Shown here one piece after another: positions 29,252-43,999 of a stretch of 64,000 nucleotides of DNA. The stretch lies in assembly GCF_009914755.1 (NCBI RefSeq), contig NC_060925.1; one strand, given 5' to 3'. This DNA is from the human T2T-CHM13v2.0 reference genome, Homo sapiens. The stretch's first letter is position 1. Each line of letters begins with the position of its first letter. Under the pieces are notes generated by a model. The model saw nothing but the letters and a program-made list of their open reading frames with translations, made no database searches and had not been told where the DNA came from. Position numbers and translations under genes: made by a program.

Positions 29252-31481
29252 TAATGTGGTTGCCACCATAGGTGGGACCGCTGTGACTCGAGTCCCCTGT
29301 GCCTCGAGTCCTGGGGCAGTCGACTGTGCCACCCCCACCCTCACGGAGCCAGGCTGGACCACTCCCAGGCCCGGAGCCTCCACTGCTCTAGACTGTGGCC
29401 CTACGTCACTGCTGTCACCCGCTGCCGCTGCAGGGAGAGCATGGGGAGGAGGTGGACAGTCCCCGGAGCCCCCCGTCCTGCGGGCCGCCGTGATGGGGCC
29501 GGGCTGAGTCTCCAGCTGGTGGGGGAGCAGAGCAGTCGGGTACGGAAGGGGCAGGCAGAGAGGGGCCCTGAGGGAGAGCTGGGCCTGGAGTGGTGCCACG
29601 CTTCCACGGGGAGTGTGGGGGCCGGCGGGGGGCGGAGCTGGGGCCATGCTTCAGGGGCCCGGGGTGGGAAGTGGGAGGGGCTCCCACTACAGGAACCAGG
29701 GAGCAGCCAGCCACCGTGCCCACAAACCAGTCATGCACCTTGGGAGAAAGCCCTGGCGGGGCCACCCAGGGCCACGTCCTCAGGGTCGGCCCCACATTGG
29801 GGTGACTGCCGAGCCTGAAGCTCCCGAAGGCCGGACTGGTGCTCATGATGGGCTCCCAGAGGCGCTCCCAGAGGCACACCCAGGCAGAGTTGCCAGCTGG
29901 GTGAGGAGGAACCCCAGGCCTCCCCTAAGCCCGGGGACACAGAAAGAACTCACAGCAACGTCATCCTTCCCCCAGTTGCCAGGCTCCCGCCCCAGGCTGC
30001 AAAGAGGTGTGGCGAGGTCACTCCAGGGAGCTGGCAGAGCAGGGGACAAGTGGGAGCCCTGCCCCTTTCTAGTTGGTGGGGTGGGAACTCCCTGGGTGCT
30101 GCTGCAGGTGCCCTGCCACGGCTCCAGACCCAGGCATCTCTGTGCTCTTCGGGGTCTGGGAAGACCCCCTGCCTTCCACAGGCTCAGAAGTGGCTGCTCC
30201 CATGGCCTGGCCCAGCTGTTGGTGCCTCTCCCAATCTCTGAGCAAAGTTGGGGGATGAGCCTGCACACTTTTGCAGCCCAGCTGTGTTCACACACTCGGG
30301 GCAGCACTGACATGCAAGCCCCCTGCCACCTCAGCCCCTGTGGACTTCGGGCACCAATAAGCACGGGAGGGAGGCAAAGGGGGCCCTGGGGACAGCCCCA
30401 CACTGGCCTTCAGGCGCCCCTTAGCATGAACAGCCTGGATGCCATGAACAGCCTGGGTGCCGTGAACCATAGTGGAGGCAGACAGGCTCCTGGGCAGAAT
30501 GGGCTGGTCTCCAGAGAGGCCCCACCTTCAAGCAGGGAGGACCTGAAGCCTGGGAGCCAGGCCATCAGTCTGGTGGACCAGAGGGGGATCTTATGGTGCT
30601 TTTCCCTGTGCCCACCCATGGCTGCCCATGGACAAATCAGCATGCACTTCCTCCCCTCTGAGGCCCATAAAATCCTCCAGACTCAGCCAGACTCAAGCAG
30701 AGGATGGGGAGACGATGGGGAGATGACTAGAGGACCAGCTGCAGAGATGAGCTACCCTTTCTCCTGAGAGTTGAACACTTGTTGGGACACCCTGGCTAGG
30801 GAGAGAAGCTGCCCACTGCCAGTCTCCTCAGAGCTGTTTCATTGCTCAATATAGCTCCTCTTCATTTTGCTCACCCTCCACTTGTTTGTATACCTTATTC
30901 TTTCTGGTCAAGGGACAAGAACTTGGGACTTGCCAAATGAGGCTAAAAGAGCTGTAACACAAACAGGGCTGAAACATGCCCCTTACTTGCTATGTTGCAG
31001 GTGAAGAGAAGGAGAGAAAAGATGCAGCCCTTCAGGGATCCCAGCCCTGGAGGCTCCCAAAGCCAGGTCTGTGACTCCCTCTTTGGGGCCCTGTGGTTCC
31101 TGATGTCTCCAGGCTTCCGGGCACCACTGCATTCCCTGGTGCCAGCCAGGGAAGCTGCTTGTGGTGCACCTGGTCCAGCTGCAGTCTCACAGAGAGTGGG
31201 CACCCATCCCAGCACCTGGAGCTGCCTGTGCCATGGCAGCAGCTGTCGTGTCTGACTGTGTGCAGTGGCTGGACCCCACACTCGTTCACACACCCCTTGC
31301 TGTTCCATGCCTGACTCCCACTCAGAGTCGTGGGGTCCAGGCTGGTGGCGTGAGCCGAGCGTGGCCTGCCAGGCCAAGTGAGTGGAACAAGCTCAGTGGG
31401 CCCGAGCAACACTCAGGGAAAGGTGCCACCAGCCACAGAGGTTTCTGGCCAGAAAAGCAACACCCCAAAGATCCTGTAACG
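29252..31481 (+). mobile_element. MER52 (MER52D-sized, ~2.2 kb) GC-rich ERV1 solo LTR
   Basis: Matches recalled MER52 blocks (cttcctcccctctgaggcccataaaa...gctaaaagagctgtaacacaaacagggctgaaaca...gatcctgtaac); no clear TSD. Confidence 0.85.
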
Positions 31482-32814
31482 ATATGTAAAATCTTATCAA
31501 AGATACTGTTTGATACAGTTTGGGTCAGGTGCTTTTGCTTGCATCAATCGTGGTGGCCCGAGGATAAGATATTGAAATGGAGAGTACCATTAAAGCCTCA
31601 CAAAAGAGAGGGTAAGAAAAATTCCACAAAGAAGGAAAGGTACTGCTATCGGAATATGAACGTAAGGGATGCTGGGCAGAAAAAAGCAATAAATGCTCGG
31701 TTAAAAAAATAAATATCTTACAGAGCTTTTGGTGAGAAAAATTGTAAGTTTTTATTTGCTGCTCATCTCTCTCTAGAACTCAGAGATGAATCCATGGAGG
31801 TAGGTCAAAAGAACAGTTTGGTCGCTGACTCTACTGAGTCTCCTGTCCCATACTGTGACCAAGGCTCTAATATTAGACATAGCTGTGTACCAACTCTTTT
31901 CCTGGATGTATTCTTTCTCAGGAGACTCTTTCATCTTCCACTCTATAAACCCATGGTAGCCATCCCAACACAGCCCTATAAACAAACATGCTCAATCTGT
32001 CTAAATCCTAAAATGAGTACTTCTTAGGACAGTGGAAGATGTGTAATATCTTGCTTTTTCCATAATTATAATGGGAAGAATTATAATATCTATCAATGTC
32101 TAGGGTTCCTTTTATTATTAATTACTCAGAGCTTTTGTAAAGTGTTTCAAGGTCATTTCAAATGAGGATGATGTAAGTAGGAAATATCTAATTACTATAT
32201 ATCATATTATTTTTGTCCTGTTAAAGAAATTTATGAATGTCTCAATATTTTGTATAATGCCGCATTTTATTAAAATGCCATGAAAAGAAACATTCTCTCT
32301 TTAAATCAAGAGGAATAAAGAGAACAATTATATTTCTGGGATTATTTCTATATAGTGCTTACTGAAAGAAAACACATGGAACAGAGGACATTTAGAGATT
32401 CTTCCCCTCATTATACGAAGCCCTAAATTTATCTTGCCACACTGAAACATTTTATTTGGATCGTCCCATTTCTTTCTAAATCTTTCATTATCAAATTTTG
32501 AGCAAAAAGAAAAATTATCTGTACATAGCCTATGTAAAATCACAATCATAGCATGCTTTTACATAGCTCAGTAAGGAAAGTATTCAGTGTTGATAATTTA
32601 GTTTTTAATTCTTATTTTGGTTTCCTTTTTTTATGGAAACAAATCAAGCATGGTAATTATTGAATCTCAAATTTCTACCCCAGCTTCAACCTTTCCTTCA
32701 TCTCTTGGTTGTATAACCTGTTCTCTCCCCAACATCTCCATTCGGCATCACAATAGATCCCTCAAATAGAAGTCTTGATTCTTCCTACCAAAACATGCCC
32801 CCGAATCCAAATTC

Positions 32815-33461
32815 TATCAGCTGTTAAGCTATTTCTCAGCTTGAACCCCACCTGTCTCCTCACATTTGTTTAGCCAGTGGGTCCCTGTTAGGCTTTGCCA
32901 GGAGGGGGCGCTAGAGAAAAAAAACTTTAACTCTGGAGAAGACAGAAGGAACTTGCTCCTCCTTCCTTTTGGGTTTCTTCCTGGTTTACTTTCTCTTCCT
33001 GTTTTGACTTCCTGTTCCTGTCAATCTAACCCTGGCAATGCTTTTCCACCTGGCAGCAGTGGTTTATCCTGATGCCAGTAGTGATCACAGTTTTTCCCAG
33101 CTTTTGTTATGTCTTCTTGGAGAAACCAACAACACCAATCACCTGGGAGGTCTGGGTCCCAGCTCTGCAGTGCTTTTCCTCTAAGCTGAGAGACAATAGC
33201 ACCAGCTAAGCAGTGCCCCCTTCTCATCGTACTCAGCTACATCGGACCTGCTTCCACGCTTCTGAATATTCATAATTCCAACCCCTTCTGTTTGTTTTTC
33301 CATCCCTGGGAGTGGTGGTTGCTTCCTGCAGTTGCTACCTCAGTGATACCATGGTGTTCACTTTGCCTAGGTTATTTTTTAATATTAAATTTTATATTAA
33401 ATAATCTCTGTTAAAATAACAGGTATAGTTTCTTCCTCCTAACTGGATCCTGACTGATACA
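32815..33461. mobile_element. ERVL LTR of the LTR33/LTR41/LTR50 group
   Basis: cctgttaggctttgccaggagggggcgctagag...gcttcctgcagttgcta...ctggatcctgactgataca. Confidence 0.65.
32895..32913 (+). promoter_or_regulatory. CTCF core motif
   Basis: TTGCCAGGAGGGGGCGCTA vs consensus TGGCCACCAGGGGGCGCTA; CpG retained. Confidence 0.55.
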
Positions 33462-33683
33462 GTCCCCATCTTGGTGAAACAAACGATCATCCCACTTGCT
33501 CATGCCAAATACTTAGAAATCATCTTTGATTTATCTTTCTCTTATACCACATTGTCAATCCATTAGCAAATCCTTAAAGATCTACCTCTGGAGTACATCT
33601 TGCACTTGAGCACTTCTTGTCACCCCCATTTCTACCACCTTCATCTAAGATGCCATTACTCTTTGCCTGGATTATTGTTTTAA

Positions 33684-34054
<371 letters not shown>

Positions 34055-34988
34055 TGGAGTGATCTTTCGAAAACTTAAATCCGATGATTTTACTCTTCTA
34101 TGCTCAGCTCTCAATGACTTACCATTACACTTTTAAAAATCCAAACTCTCTGCCCAGGCCTGCAAGGTCTTAAGTGATCTGGCTCTGACACTCTCTCTGA
34201 CCTCATCTTCTGGACATCACATACTGGCTTTATAGCAGTCATTATGCTGCCTCCTAAGTAAAGCTGAGAAAGTTAAGACTCCCAAAGCCCCCCTCCCTTG
34301 ATTGCCCCCTCAGTGTGCTGGCCTCTCTGCTTCTTGTGCTGCATTTTTCCTGCCCCTCAGGGGCAAAGCTTTCCTGTCTCGGACCACTTGCCCTGAAAAA
34401 TGAGTTTGAGTTGTATCATGTATACGTTAGGGGGTTCTACTCCCAACATTACTATTAATCTTAATTCTTTAAAAAAGACATTTTAGAGACAATGCTTTTA
34501 ATCCCCAAAGTTATTCTAATGGTGGGAATAAAAGGTTTCCAGCAGTACCATGGTGATGAATGTCAATGGTTGTGACATTTTGACCACTCTCAAATTCATA
34601 TCACTGAGGGCTATTCCTCATTAATTCTGGGCTCTAAATAACCAAAGTGTGGCTCATTTGACTACAAGTAACAGAAGCTGACTCCTAGTAGTTTAAGGGA
34701 CAAAATGTATATATATATGTATATATATTCTTTGACAGAATAGTGGCATATTCACTGAATTCGGGGAAGAAGTGAGCAACTCAGCCCTGTTGGGAAGGGT
34801 AAAAGCAGATTCTTCCCGGGAACTCAGCCAGTTTGTGAACTTTTCCTCTCTAGCACTGCTATTTGCGTGATTCAGCCCCAGAGACCCCATTCTTTATGTG
34901 CTTTCTCATGAATTTCCAATTTTCTAGGAGAGAGAATCTGATAGAACCTGTTTCACTAGGACCAGAGACCCAAAGTGACATAGGAAGC

Positions 34989-35581
34989 TGTGATGGCTAA
35001 TATTAGGTGTCAACTTGACTGGATTGAGGGATGCCTGCATGGCTGGTGAGGCATTGTTTCTGGGTGTGTCTGTGAGGGCGTTTCCAGAGGAGACTGGCAT
35101 GTGAGTCAGTGGAAAGGCAGGGGAAGACCTGCCCACGTTGTTCAATTGGCTGGGAGCTTGGTTAAACAAAGCAGGCAGAAGGAGGACAAGCAGTTTTCTT
35201 AGCTTCTTCTCTCTCTCTCTCTCCCTTCTGGAGCAAGACACCTTTTCTCCTCCTGCCCTTGGACACCAGACTCTCCGTTCTTCAGCCTTTGGACCTGAGA
35301 CTTGCACTAACAACCTCTTGGAGCCTCTTGGAGGCTCTCAAGCTTTTGGTCTCAGACTGGGGCCTGCACTGCTGGCTTCCCTGGTTTTGAGGCTTTCAAA
35401 CTGGGACTGAGCTACCTACTGCCTTCCCTAGGAGCCACACTACCAGCTTCTCTCATTCTCCAGCTTGCAGGTGGCCTATCGTGGGACTTTGCCCTTGTAA
35501 TCGTGTAAGTCAATTCTCCCTAATACACTGTCTTTCATATATATACATATTCTGTCTCTCTGGAGAACCTTGACTGATACA
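34989..35581 (+). mobile_element. MLT2B (HERV-L) solo LTR
   Basis: TGTGATGGCTAATATTAGGTGTCAACTTGACTGG...GACTGATACA; 5-bp TSD GAAGC. Confidence 0.9.
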
Positions 35582-36070
35582 GAAGCCATGGCTGATGCAG
35601 GACCACTCATGAATGCCAGGAGCAGTTACCAATAGGGAGGATTGTTTCAAAATGCCTCTCTGAAATCACACCTGTGGGCTACCCACCCCAATAAACCTTT
35701 CTTCTCATATATCCAAAGGTGTCTTTGCCTAACATAACCTAATTATTGCACATAAAATCACAAGTTTCACATCATCTCCTCAACCTGAGACAACTCCAAG
35801 TCACATCCAGCTGTTGCCTCCAGGTGCATCAACGTTGATGTGTATTCAGGGGTCAACCAAAGGCTTAGAAAAATTTCATATACTTGGTGTCTCCCTCTCT
35901 GCCCTTTGCTCTCCAGAGTTTTCTCCTCACTTTCTAGTGAATATGAGTGTCCTGAACTCTGTTCCCTGGTTTCTCAAACCACAAAGACTGTGGGTTTTTA
36001 TCTGGGTTTTAGTTGCCCTGTGCAGCACCAGCTATAGCCTGACATTAGGCTAAGAGCCATTTCAAAATGA

Positions 36071-36466
<396 letters not shown>

Positions 36467-36529
36467 AGTTGTTATTTTTATGTTGCATCTGGTGTTGATA
36501 ATTGCCATCTTTAGGCATAGGAAGTAACT

Positions 36530-36720
36530 TCCAGACCATCAATAGAGCTGACTGCTTTGGTTTTAATCCTGCTGTATCACTTATTACCTGTGTGAACTTA
36601 GGCAATTTACTTAATTTGCCTATGTCTTAGTTTCCTTATTTATAAAATAGAAAAAAATATTATCCATATTTAGGGTTATGGAAATAATTATATGACATAA
36701 TTCGTATAAAACACTTGGGA
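36530..36720 (+). mobile_element. MIR
   Basis: tgtgtgaacttaggcaatttacttaa...agtttccttatttataaaat core. Confidence 0.7.
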
Positions 36721-37409
36721 AAATTATCATTGAATATCTGAGAATGTTATTTTTATGCCATTTTTGAGATTTTTCCTAATACATTTAGCTGTTTCCTCAA
36801 TGAATAATAATTGTGATTCATTTCAAATTTTCTGACGATCTATCATCTTGGATAGCACTAGATGAAATTCACTAATAAATTTTCACAAATGTATTAGGTT
36901 GCAAGTTTTAAATCATCATTCTCATTTCAGGTGATGTTTCCCTCATTACTCAAATATTAAATTATATTGTATTTTATTTCCAGTCCCCCAGATATTGTGA
37001 TGTATAACTACTTTATGAACAGTAGAATGAATTTATAGTTTTTTTCCCAAGTTACTCTCAAACATTAATTATAGTCCTTATTATTAAGTAAAAAAATAAT
37101 GTTCAAATCGGCCTTTTTACTCCTTTGTGTCATTTGTTGGGAAAATATTTACTGACTGCTTACTATTTCCAAGAACGAAAATGATAAGAAAGTGATGCCT
37201 ACAAAAACCTTGTAATATTTCAGTTGATGTTCAGAACATTTATTTTATAAATTTGTCTTATTTATATTAGAGAAACTATCATCTAGAATAATATGTAAAT
37301 ATAATTGCATAGCAGTTCATTAGCATTCCCTATAGCATTTAGCAAAATCTTTCAGGCCGGAAATTTAAATCATGTATTCCTCAAGGCATGGATAAGAAAA
37401 GCATCCCTT

Positions 37410-37900
37410 GTTTCATTCAGGATTTGGAGCCAATAAATGAAAACTCTGACAACAAGGGCTTAAACAATGGGGCTTATTTTTCTCATGCATTAAAAATCTG
37501 GATGTACCAGCTTGAGGCTGGTGCAGGCTCCTAAGGTGATCAACAAAGACCCAGTCTCCTTGGATTTATCTGTTCTTCCATTATGAACATGTGGTTTTTG
37601 TTTTGCTGGTCATGAGATGACTGCTACACCTCCAGAGATTGTTTGCATTCCAGGGAGACAAAGGAGGGAAAGTGAAAGACGAGGGGACGTGCCAGCTGAA
37701 TTGGTTCCATTTTATTAGAAAAACAATTGCTTCAAAAGACAGGCACTCCATCCCCATCCCAGCAACTCAGTTTAGATTTCATCAGCAATAACTGGGTCAT
37801 AATGCAAGTCAGTCTTGCAAGGTGAATATTTTAGCTGTGCACAATGCCCCAAAGGAAACTGGGATTCTGTTAATAACAATGGAAAGAAGAGATACTGAGA
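37410..37900 (-). mobile_element. Old MLT1 (MLT1J/K-like) LTR
   Basis: ggcttaaacaat...aaagacccag...gatgactgctacacctccag...aactgggtcat. Confidence 0.55.
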
Positions 37901-39499
37901 GGGCCGAAAGGTTTCACCCACTTGTAGACATAGCTGTGGGGCACATGAAGACTTTCCAAGAAAATCTTGGAAATCATTTTCCAGTTTTTCAACTTCCATG
38001 GATATAGTGTGTTCTAAAAGTGATCTATCTACAAAAGCATCTGAGGCGAAGGCATAACAACAATTCTATTTTACCGTCCCCACTTTTTAAGCAGCCCTCT
38101 TCCCACCTTGCAAAGGAACTGCATGCCTATCACCACCCTGAATTTTACTGGGGTGTGTTGCCCAGGGGATATAAAAACCTCCAGGATAAAGTCAAAGAGA
38201 CAAAATAATGGTATGAATAGCCTCAGTAGCCTTCTTTATTTAAAGTTGAATCATCCCGGTTGGACTTCTAGACTTTCCACACATTATGCATATTTCTGTT
38301 CAGAGCAAATCGTGGTATTAGAAATGACGGGTTTAGGTTTAAAATGTTGTCAATGCTTGGAGTACAGCTATATTATTGAATGGAATAGCAGAATTTTAAC
38401 AACTTTTATTTGCGTGTGTCCTTATGTCTTCCCTCTTTTGGTCTTGTCAAAGACTGTATTGCTATTGAGGATGAGTCTTTGAGGGCAAAGCAAAGAAAAT
38501 ATCTATAAGGAATATTGAAGGCAAGGGTGTGTCACTTTTATAGCAACAAAGGTGTGTGTCTTCATCTAAATCTATTTATTTACCTATCTATCTTAGAATT
38601 ATAATTTAGAAGACGGTTATCAAAGGAGTGCATATCAATAATGTTTATTTGAATTGAAAAATAAAGGAATATTTTTCTGACAAAAATTATTCTGCGTTTT
38701 GCTCATTAATTTGATAATGGGGGTTGGACTTGGCAATTAGATTATATAGTGAGTATTTTTCAGAGTTCCATTTAGGTCAATCTGTACCAATTTATTTTAT
38801 GAGTCTAGCAATACCCTGACTCCAAACTTGAGACATCAAAGAGGTAAATTATAGACCATATCTGTCATGAGCATAGATGTATAAGTCTTTAACAAAAATT
38901 AGTAAATCACATCCAGCCTTACATAAAAAGGATAACATATCATTTGCATGACACTTAATTCAAGAATGTAAGGCTTACTTACATTCCAAATCAGCATATT
39001 TTACTACATTAACTGAATAAAAAATCTTACGAGTAACTTGATAGATACAGAAAAGGCACATGACAAAACTTGATACCTATTCATGATTTTTTAAAACTCT
39101 CAGAAAACTAGGAATAAAAGCAACTTCTTTAATCTATCATAATATCTATGAAAAACCAATAGTTAACATCATAACTTATGGTGAAATATTGGATATATTT
39201 TACATGAAACCAGAAAACAGTAATGACACCAACTCTCATAGCTTTTATTCAACATTATGCTGATAGTCATAGGTAGGATAATAAGGCAAGAAAAAAAAAG
39301 CCATATAGGTTGGAAAGAAGAGATAGGCCTATTTTAGTGACCTTAAACAAGATTTACTACAAAACTACAGCAATCAAGGAAATGTAGTATTTGTATAAGG
39401 ACAAACCAAATAAATCAATGAAAAAGAGCAGGGTCTAGACATAGACCTGCAAATTAACCAATAATTATTTTATGTCCAAGTTGCCAAGGAGTCTTTTCC

Positions 39500-40283
39500 A
39501 TGCAAACAGTTAACAGGCATATGAAAAAAAATATTCAACATCACTAATCATCAGGGAAATGTGAATCAAAATCATAATGAGATATCATCTTACACCAGTT
39601 AGAATGGTTACTACTAAGAAGTCAAAAAACAATGGATATCAGTGAGGATGCAGAGAACAGGGAATGCTTATACACTGTTGGTGGGAATGTAAATTAGTAC
39701 AACCTCTCTGAAAAATGGTATAGAGATTTCTCAAAGAACTAAAACTGCAACCTCCATTTGATCCAGCAATTCCACTTCCGAGTATCCACCCAAAGGAAAA
39801 GAAATTATGTAAAAAAAAATACCTGCACTCACATGTTTATCACAGCTCTATTCACAACAGCAAAGTCATGGAATCAACCTAAGTGATTACATAAAGAAAA
39901 TGTGATAAATGTATACAATGGAATACTATTCGGCCATTAAAAAGAATTAAATCATGTCTTTTGCAGCATCATGGGTGGAACTAGAGGCCATTATTTTAAA
40001 TGAAACAACTCAGAAACAGAAAGCCAAATACCTCCTGTTCTCACTTATAAGTGGGAGCTAAATAATGCGTGCATGGGGACATACAGTGTAGAATAACAGA
40101 CACTGGAGATTCAGAAGGGTAGGAAGGTGGGAGGGGCAAGGGATAGAAATTACTTAACGGGTACAATGTACATCATCCAGGTGATGGGTACACCAAAGCC
40201 CAGACTTCACCACTACACAATATATCCATGTAGCAAAACTGCACTTGTACCCCTTAAATTTTTATGAAAGAACAAAAACAAAA
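39500..40283 (+). mobile_element. L1PB/L1MA 3' end
   Basis: gttctcacttataagtgggagctaa...cccagacttcaccacta...gcacttgtacccc; flanks aaggag(t/c)ctt. Confidence 0.88.
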
Positions 40284-41098
40284 AGGAGCCTTATAGACAA
40301 AATGTATTGGAACAACTGAATACTCTGTTGGGAAAAAGCTGAACATTGTACCCTACTCACTCCGTGTGTAACAACTAATTCAAGATGGATCAGAGCCATG
40401 AATGTAAAAGCTTGAATTAAAAAAAAAAAAACTTCCATAAAGAAACATAAAGGAATATCTTTCCACACTGAGTTTAGCCAGATTTCTTAGAAAAAAAGAA
40501 GCCTTAATAATGAAAGAAAAAACTACATAAATTGAATTATGTCAAAATTAAAATTTTTTCTCTTAAAAACATATCATTATGACAATAAGAAGGTAAATCA
40601 CAGCCTGAAAATATTCATTATATATCTAAAAAAACACTCTTACTCATAACATATTTTAAAAATTTCCTGTAAATCAATAATTAAAAGAAAGACCCAGTTT
40701 TGAAAAAAAAAATAGATAAGGTCTCAAAAAGACCCTAGTGAGAAGGAGCTAACTCAGTGACCAGTAAGCACAAGAAAAGGTGCTCAAAATCACTGCAGTC
40801 AGGGAAATTCAAAATAAGCAATAATAAAATACCACTTTACATACACTAGGTCAGCTATAACAGAAAGACTGAGAATAGCACAGGCTGGCAAAGATGTGCA
40901 GCAACTGAGCTTCCTATACCTTGCTGTCAGAAGTGAAAAATAATACAACCACTTCAGGGAACGATTTAGCATATATAATGTTAAACATGTATCTACTCTA
41001 TGACCCAGAAATTCAACACTTAGGCATTTACCCTGAGTAATATTTAATTTAATATAATAATAATATTTACCCTGAATAATAATAAAAACATATATACA

Positions 41099-41403
41099 GG
41101 CTGGGCACAGTGGCTCGTGCCTATAATCCCAGCACTTGGGAGGCCAAGGCAGATGATCACTAGAGGCCAGAAGTTTGAGACCAGCCTGGGCAAGATAGCG
41201 AGATTCTGTCGTGCAAAAAATTTTTAAAAATTAGCCAGGTGGGGTGGTGAGTACCTATAATCTCAGCTACTCAGAAGACTGAAGCTGGAGGATCACTTGA
41301 ACCCAAGAAGTTGAGGTTGCAGTGAGCTATGATTGCATCACTGCACTCCAGCCTGGGTAACAGAGAGAGACTTTCTCTGAAAAAAAAAAAAGAAAAAGAA
41401 AAA
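41099..41403 (+). mobile_element. AluJ element
   Basis: Diverged dimer with poly-A; TSD aaacatatat. Confidence 0.93.
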
Positions 41404-41959
41404 TAGGAAACATATATCAACAAAACAACTTGTGCAAGAAAAGAATGTTAGCAGTTTTATTAATAATAGCTTGAAATTAGCAATAATCCAAATGTCAATC
41501 AACAGGAAAATAGCTAAATATATTGTAATATATTCATACTTAGCAATCAGAAATCTACTAGCTTAATATATGCAACAATATGGATGATGAATCTCAAAAA
41601 CATTAAATTGAGTGAACATGGCAGATGCATAGGATGAGATGTCATATAATTTCATTGATATACCATACAAGACAGGCAAAAGTAATCGATGCTAGATTAA
41701 GCTAGAAATCTGCTAGAGTTTAGAAATGATTTTCAATGGGAGGTGGGGAAACTTACTGGAAGGGTACACAAAAAAACTTTCAGGAATGTTGGAAACAATA
41801 TCTTGTTGTATGAAGTGGGTATACAGGTATATACATTTGTCAGAACTCATTAACTTGAATATCTAAGCATTTCATTTTTATATAAACAATGCCATAATTT
41901 ATAAAACAAGGAAGCTAAACAATACAGGGTGAAGAGCAAAGGGTATAATAAGAGTTATG

Positions 41960-42220
41960 GCTTCTATTTATGCACCAGGCACTCTGGAAGTGATTTAAAA
42001 GCTAAGGGTTACTCTGTGCAACCCTAATAGCAGTGATGTGTTTTAAATATCATTACTACTTTGCAATTGAAGAAACTGAGATTTAGAAAGGTGAAGTGGC
42101 TTTCTAAAGTCACAAAGCTAATGAGGTGCAATTTTCTCACTAGAAGAGAAAAGGGACAAAAGCTGGGAGACAAATCTGACTGGCTCTATTCCTAAGTATT
42201 TATCCTGGAGCTCAAGTACT
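41960..42220 (-). mobile_element. MIR
   Basis: gaagaaactgagatttagaaaggtgaagtggc...gtcaca. Confidence 0.6.
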
Positions 42221-43999
42221 TTAACCGGCAAGTGTCTGAGCGGCTTTATATCTTCTTGTGGTAGAGAAATGGAAATGAAAGATTCAAAAGTTTGAAATAT
42301 ACTCTGCTTTAGGGAACAAAAATGTGGGAAGAATAAGTCTCCACATTGCCGTTGAAGCTGCAATAGCCTGGTAGCAATTTGCAATGCTTATAAGCTTTCC
42401 TCCCCCAGATCATCAACATATGGTTGCATGAGTTAGATTGGCAGCCTTGGATGCATTCTATGCCCTTTGAGATTCTCTGAGTCTATGTAATACGTGAATT
42501 TGACTTATTCCATAGATGTTGGGGATAATAAAGTTGCCAGATTAGAGGAAACTTATAACGTGTGCAAGGTGGACAAAATACCTCTTCTTTCCAGATTGTT
42601 GTTTGCAAGTTAGTGATTATCTACAGTTGTGCCCGTACCATCCACTTTTATCAGTTTATTTTATGCTTTGAATTGATCAATCTACCTTAAAAAAAAGGAT
42701 ATATTGCAACAGCATCCCACATGAGAAGAAGTACATGCAAGTTCTTCATAAATTGTCCTAAACTTTTTTATAATTATTATTCTGTTTCATTTTGCATCCC
42801 ATTATGATGCTGATACCAAATAGCCTCTGCATTTTTAAAAATAAGAATCCTGAGACAAAATAAAATTCTCAAAGTCATCCAAAGTTAGTACAAATGATAA
42901 ATGGTAGAGTTGGTATTTGAATGCAGACACTTATGTCTCTAAAACAGTAATTGTTTCTTTTCTGGTTCTTTAATTTCCCCTCTACCCATGATGCATCTTA
43001 ATTAGTGCAGTTTCACCCAGCTAAAATGCTTTCTACACTGCAAATGCATCTTCCAGTTTTCAGTGACCTGGGTCTTCTGTGAGATCTTACAAAACGTACC
43101 ATGCCCTTGTAAGTTCTCACTGCCTTTTTCAGGACTTAATGATCAGTTCTCTTGCAAGCTCTGCCCTCACCTTGAGTGAGGGGCATCATTCCACCCACTG
43201 GGCTCTTCTACGGAAGAACAGGGTAGATTCTTTGTTGAAATCCGCATCCTTTAAAAATCAGTAGGGTTGCCACTGTTCTACTGAGTTCTCGTTTTGTGTG
43301 TGTTTTATCCATGGTGAAGAGGCCAGGTTAGACATCAAGCTTCTTGAAAGTAAGGAAATGCTGCCTTTGTGAAGGTAAACCAAGGTGAGCACTGTCAACA
43401 GATTCCTTGGTCAGAATGGGCACCTAGACTCCAACTACTCCCCAAGATTCAGTGTCTAGTAATTATATTGTTAACACTTTCAGGAAGCCTTCAGGCAGAG
43501 AGTGAGAGCACCTTTAATACTGTCCTGCTTACCTTGCTGAGATCATGATGCTAGCACAGACCTTTTTGTTCCTATATAATTTTACTTCACTGATCTGAAT
43601 ATCTCTTCTAGTTCCAGAATGGCATGTCTTTATTATTGTCACTTTCTAATGCCCTCATATCTGGTGGGAAAACAGCTGACCCTTGAGTGGATTATATTCC
43701 TCATGACTGTCTGATATTTTCTACCCATTGTTAATGAATAAAACATGGTGCCTTTCAATTCTTTAATTTAATTAATGCTCTCCATGTTCATGTCACAAAA
43801 TCAGGCCAGTTAATCAATTACCAGTAATTAACAGCTTGCTGTGCCCAAAAGTTTAGGGGCACAAAAAAATAGAAAATACAGTTTAAAAAGATGAAGAATC
43901 AATGGCTTTACAGCACATACATGAGTATTGCTCCAGCAAGAGCAGAGAGGTGAAAGGTATCCTGTTAGGTACAGGATGTGAGATGTGCTTTGTTCTTAC

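Larger units (their letters stand above)
38800..41900 (+). mobile_element. Ancient L1M ORF2/3' fragments, interrupted by L1PB and AluJ
   Basis: atagatacagaaaaggca...ctctcagaaaactaggaata...ctatgacccagaaattc...gaatctcaaaaacatt. Confidence 0.8.

Noticed and set aside
29613-30767. 384-aa ORF and overlapping long ORFs
   Set aside because: Entirely inside the GC-rich MER52 LTR, starts at GTG, low-complexity G/P/R/A content, and long ORFs occur in several frames, as expected for stop-poor GC-rich DNA
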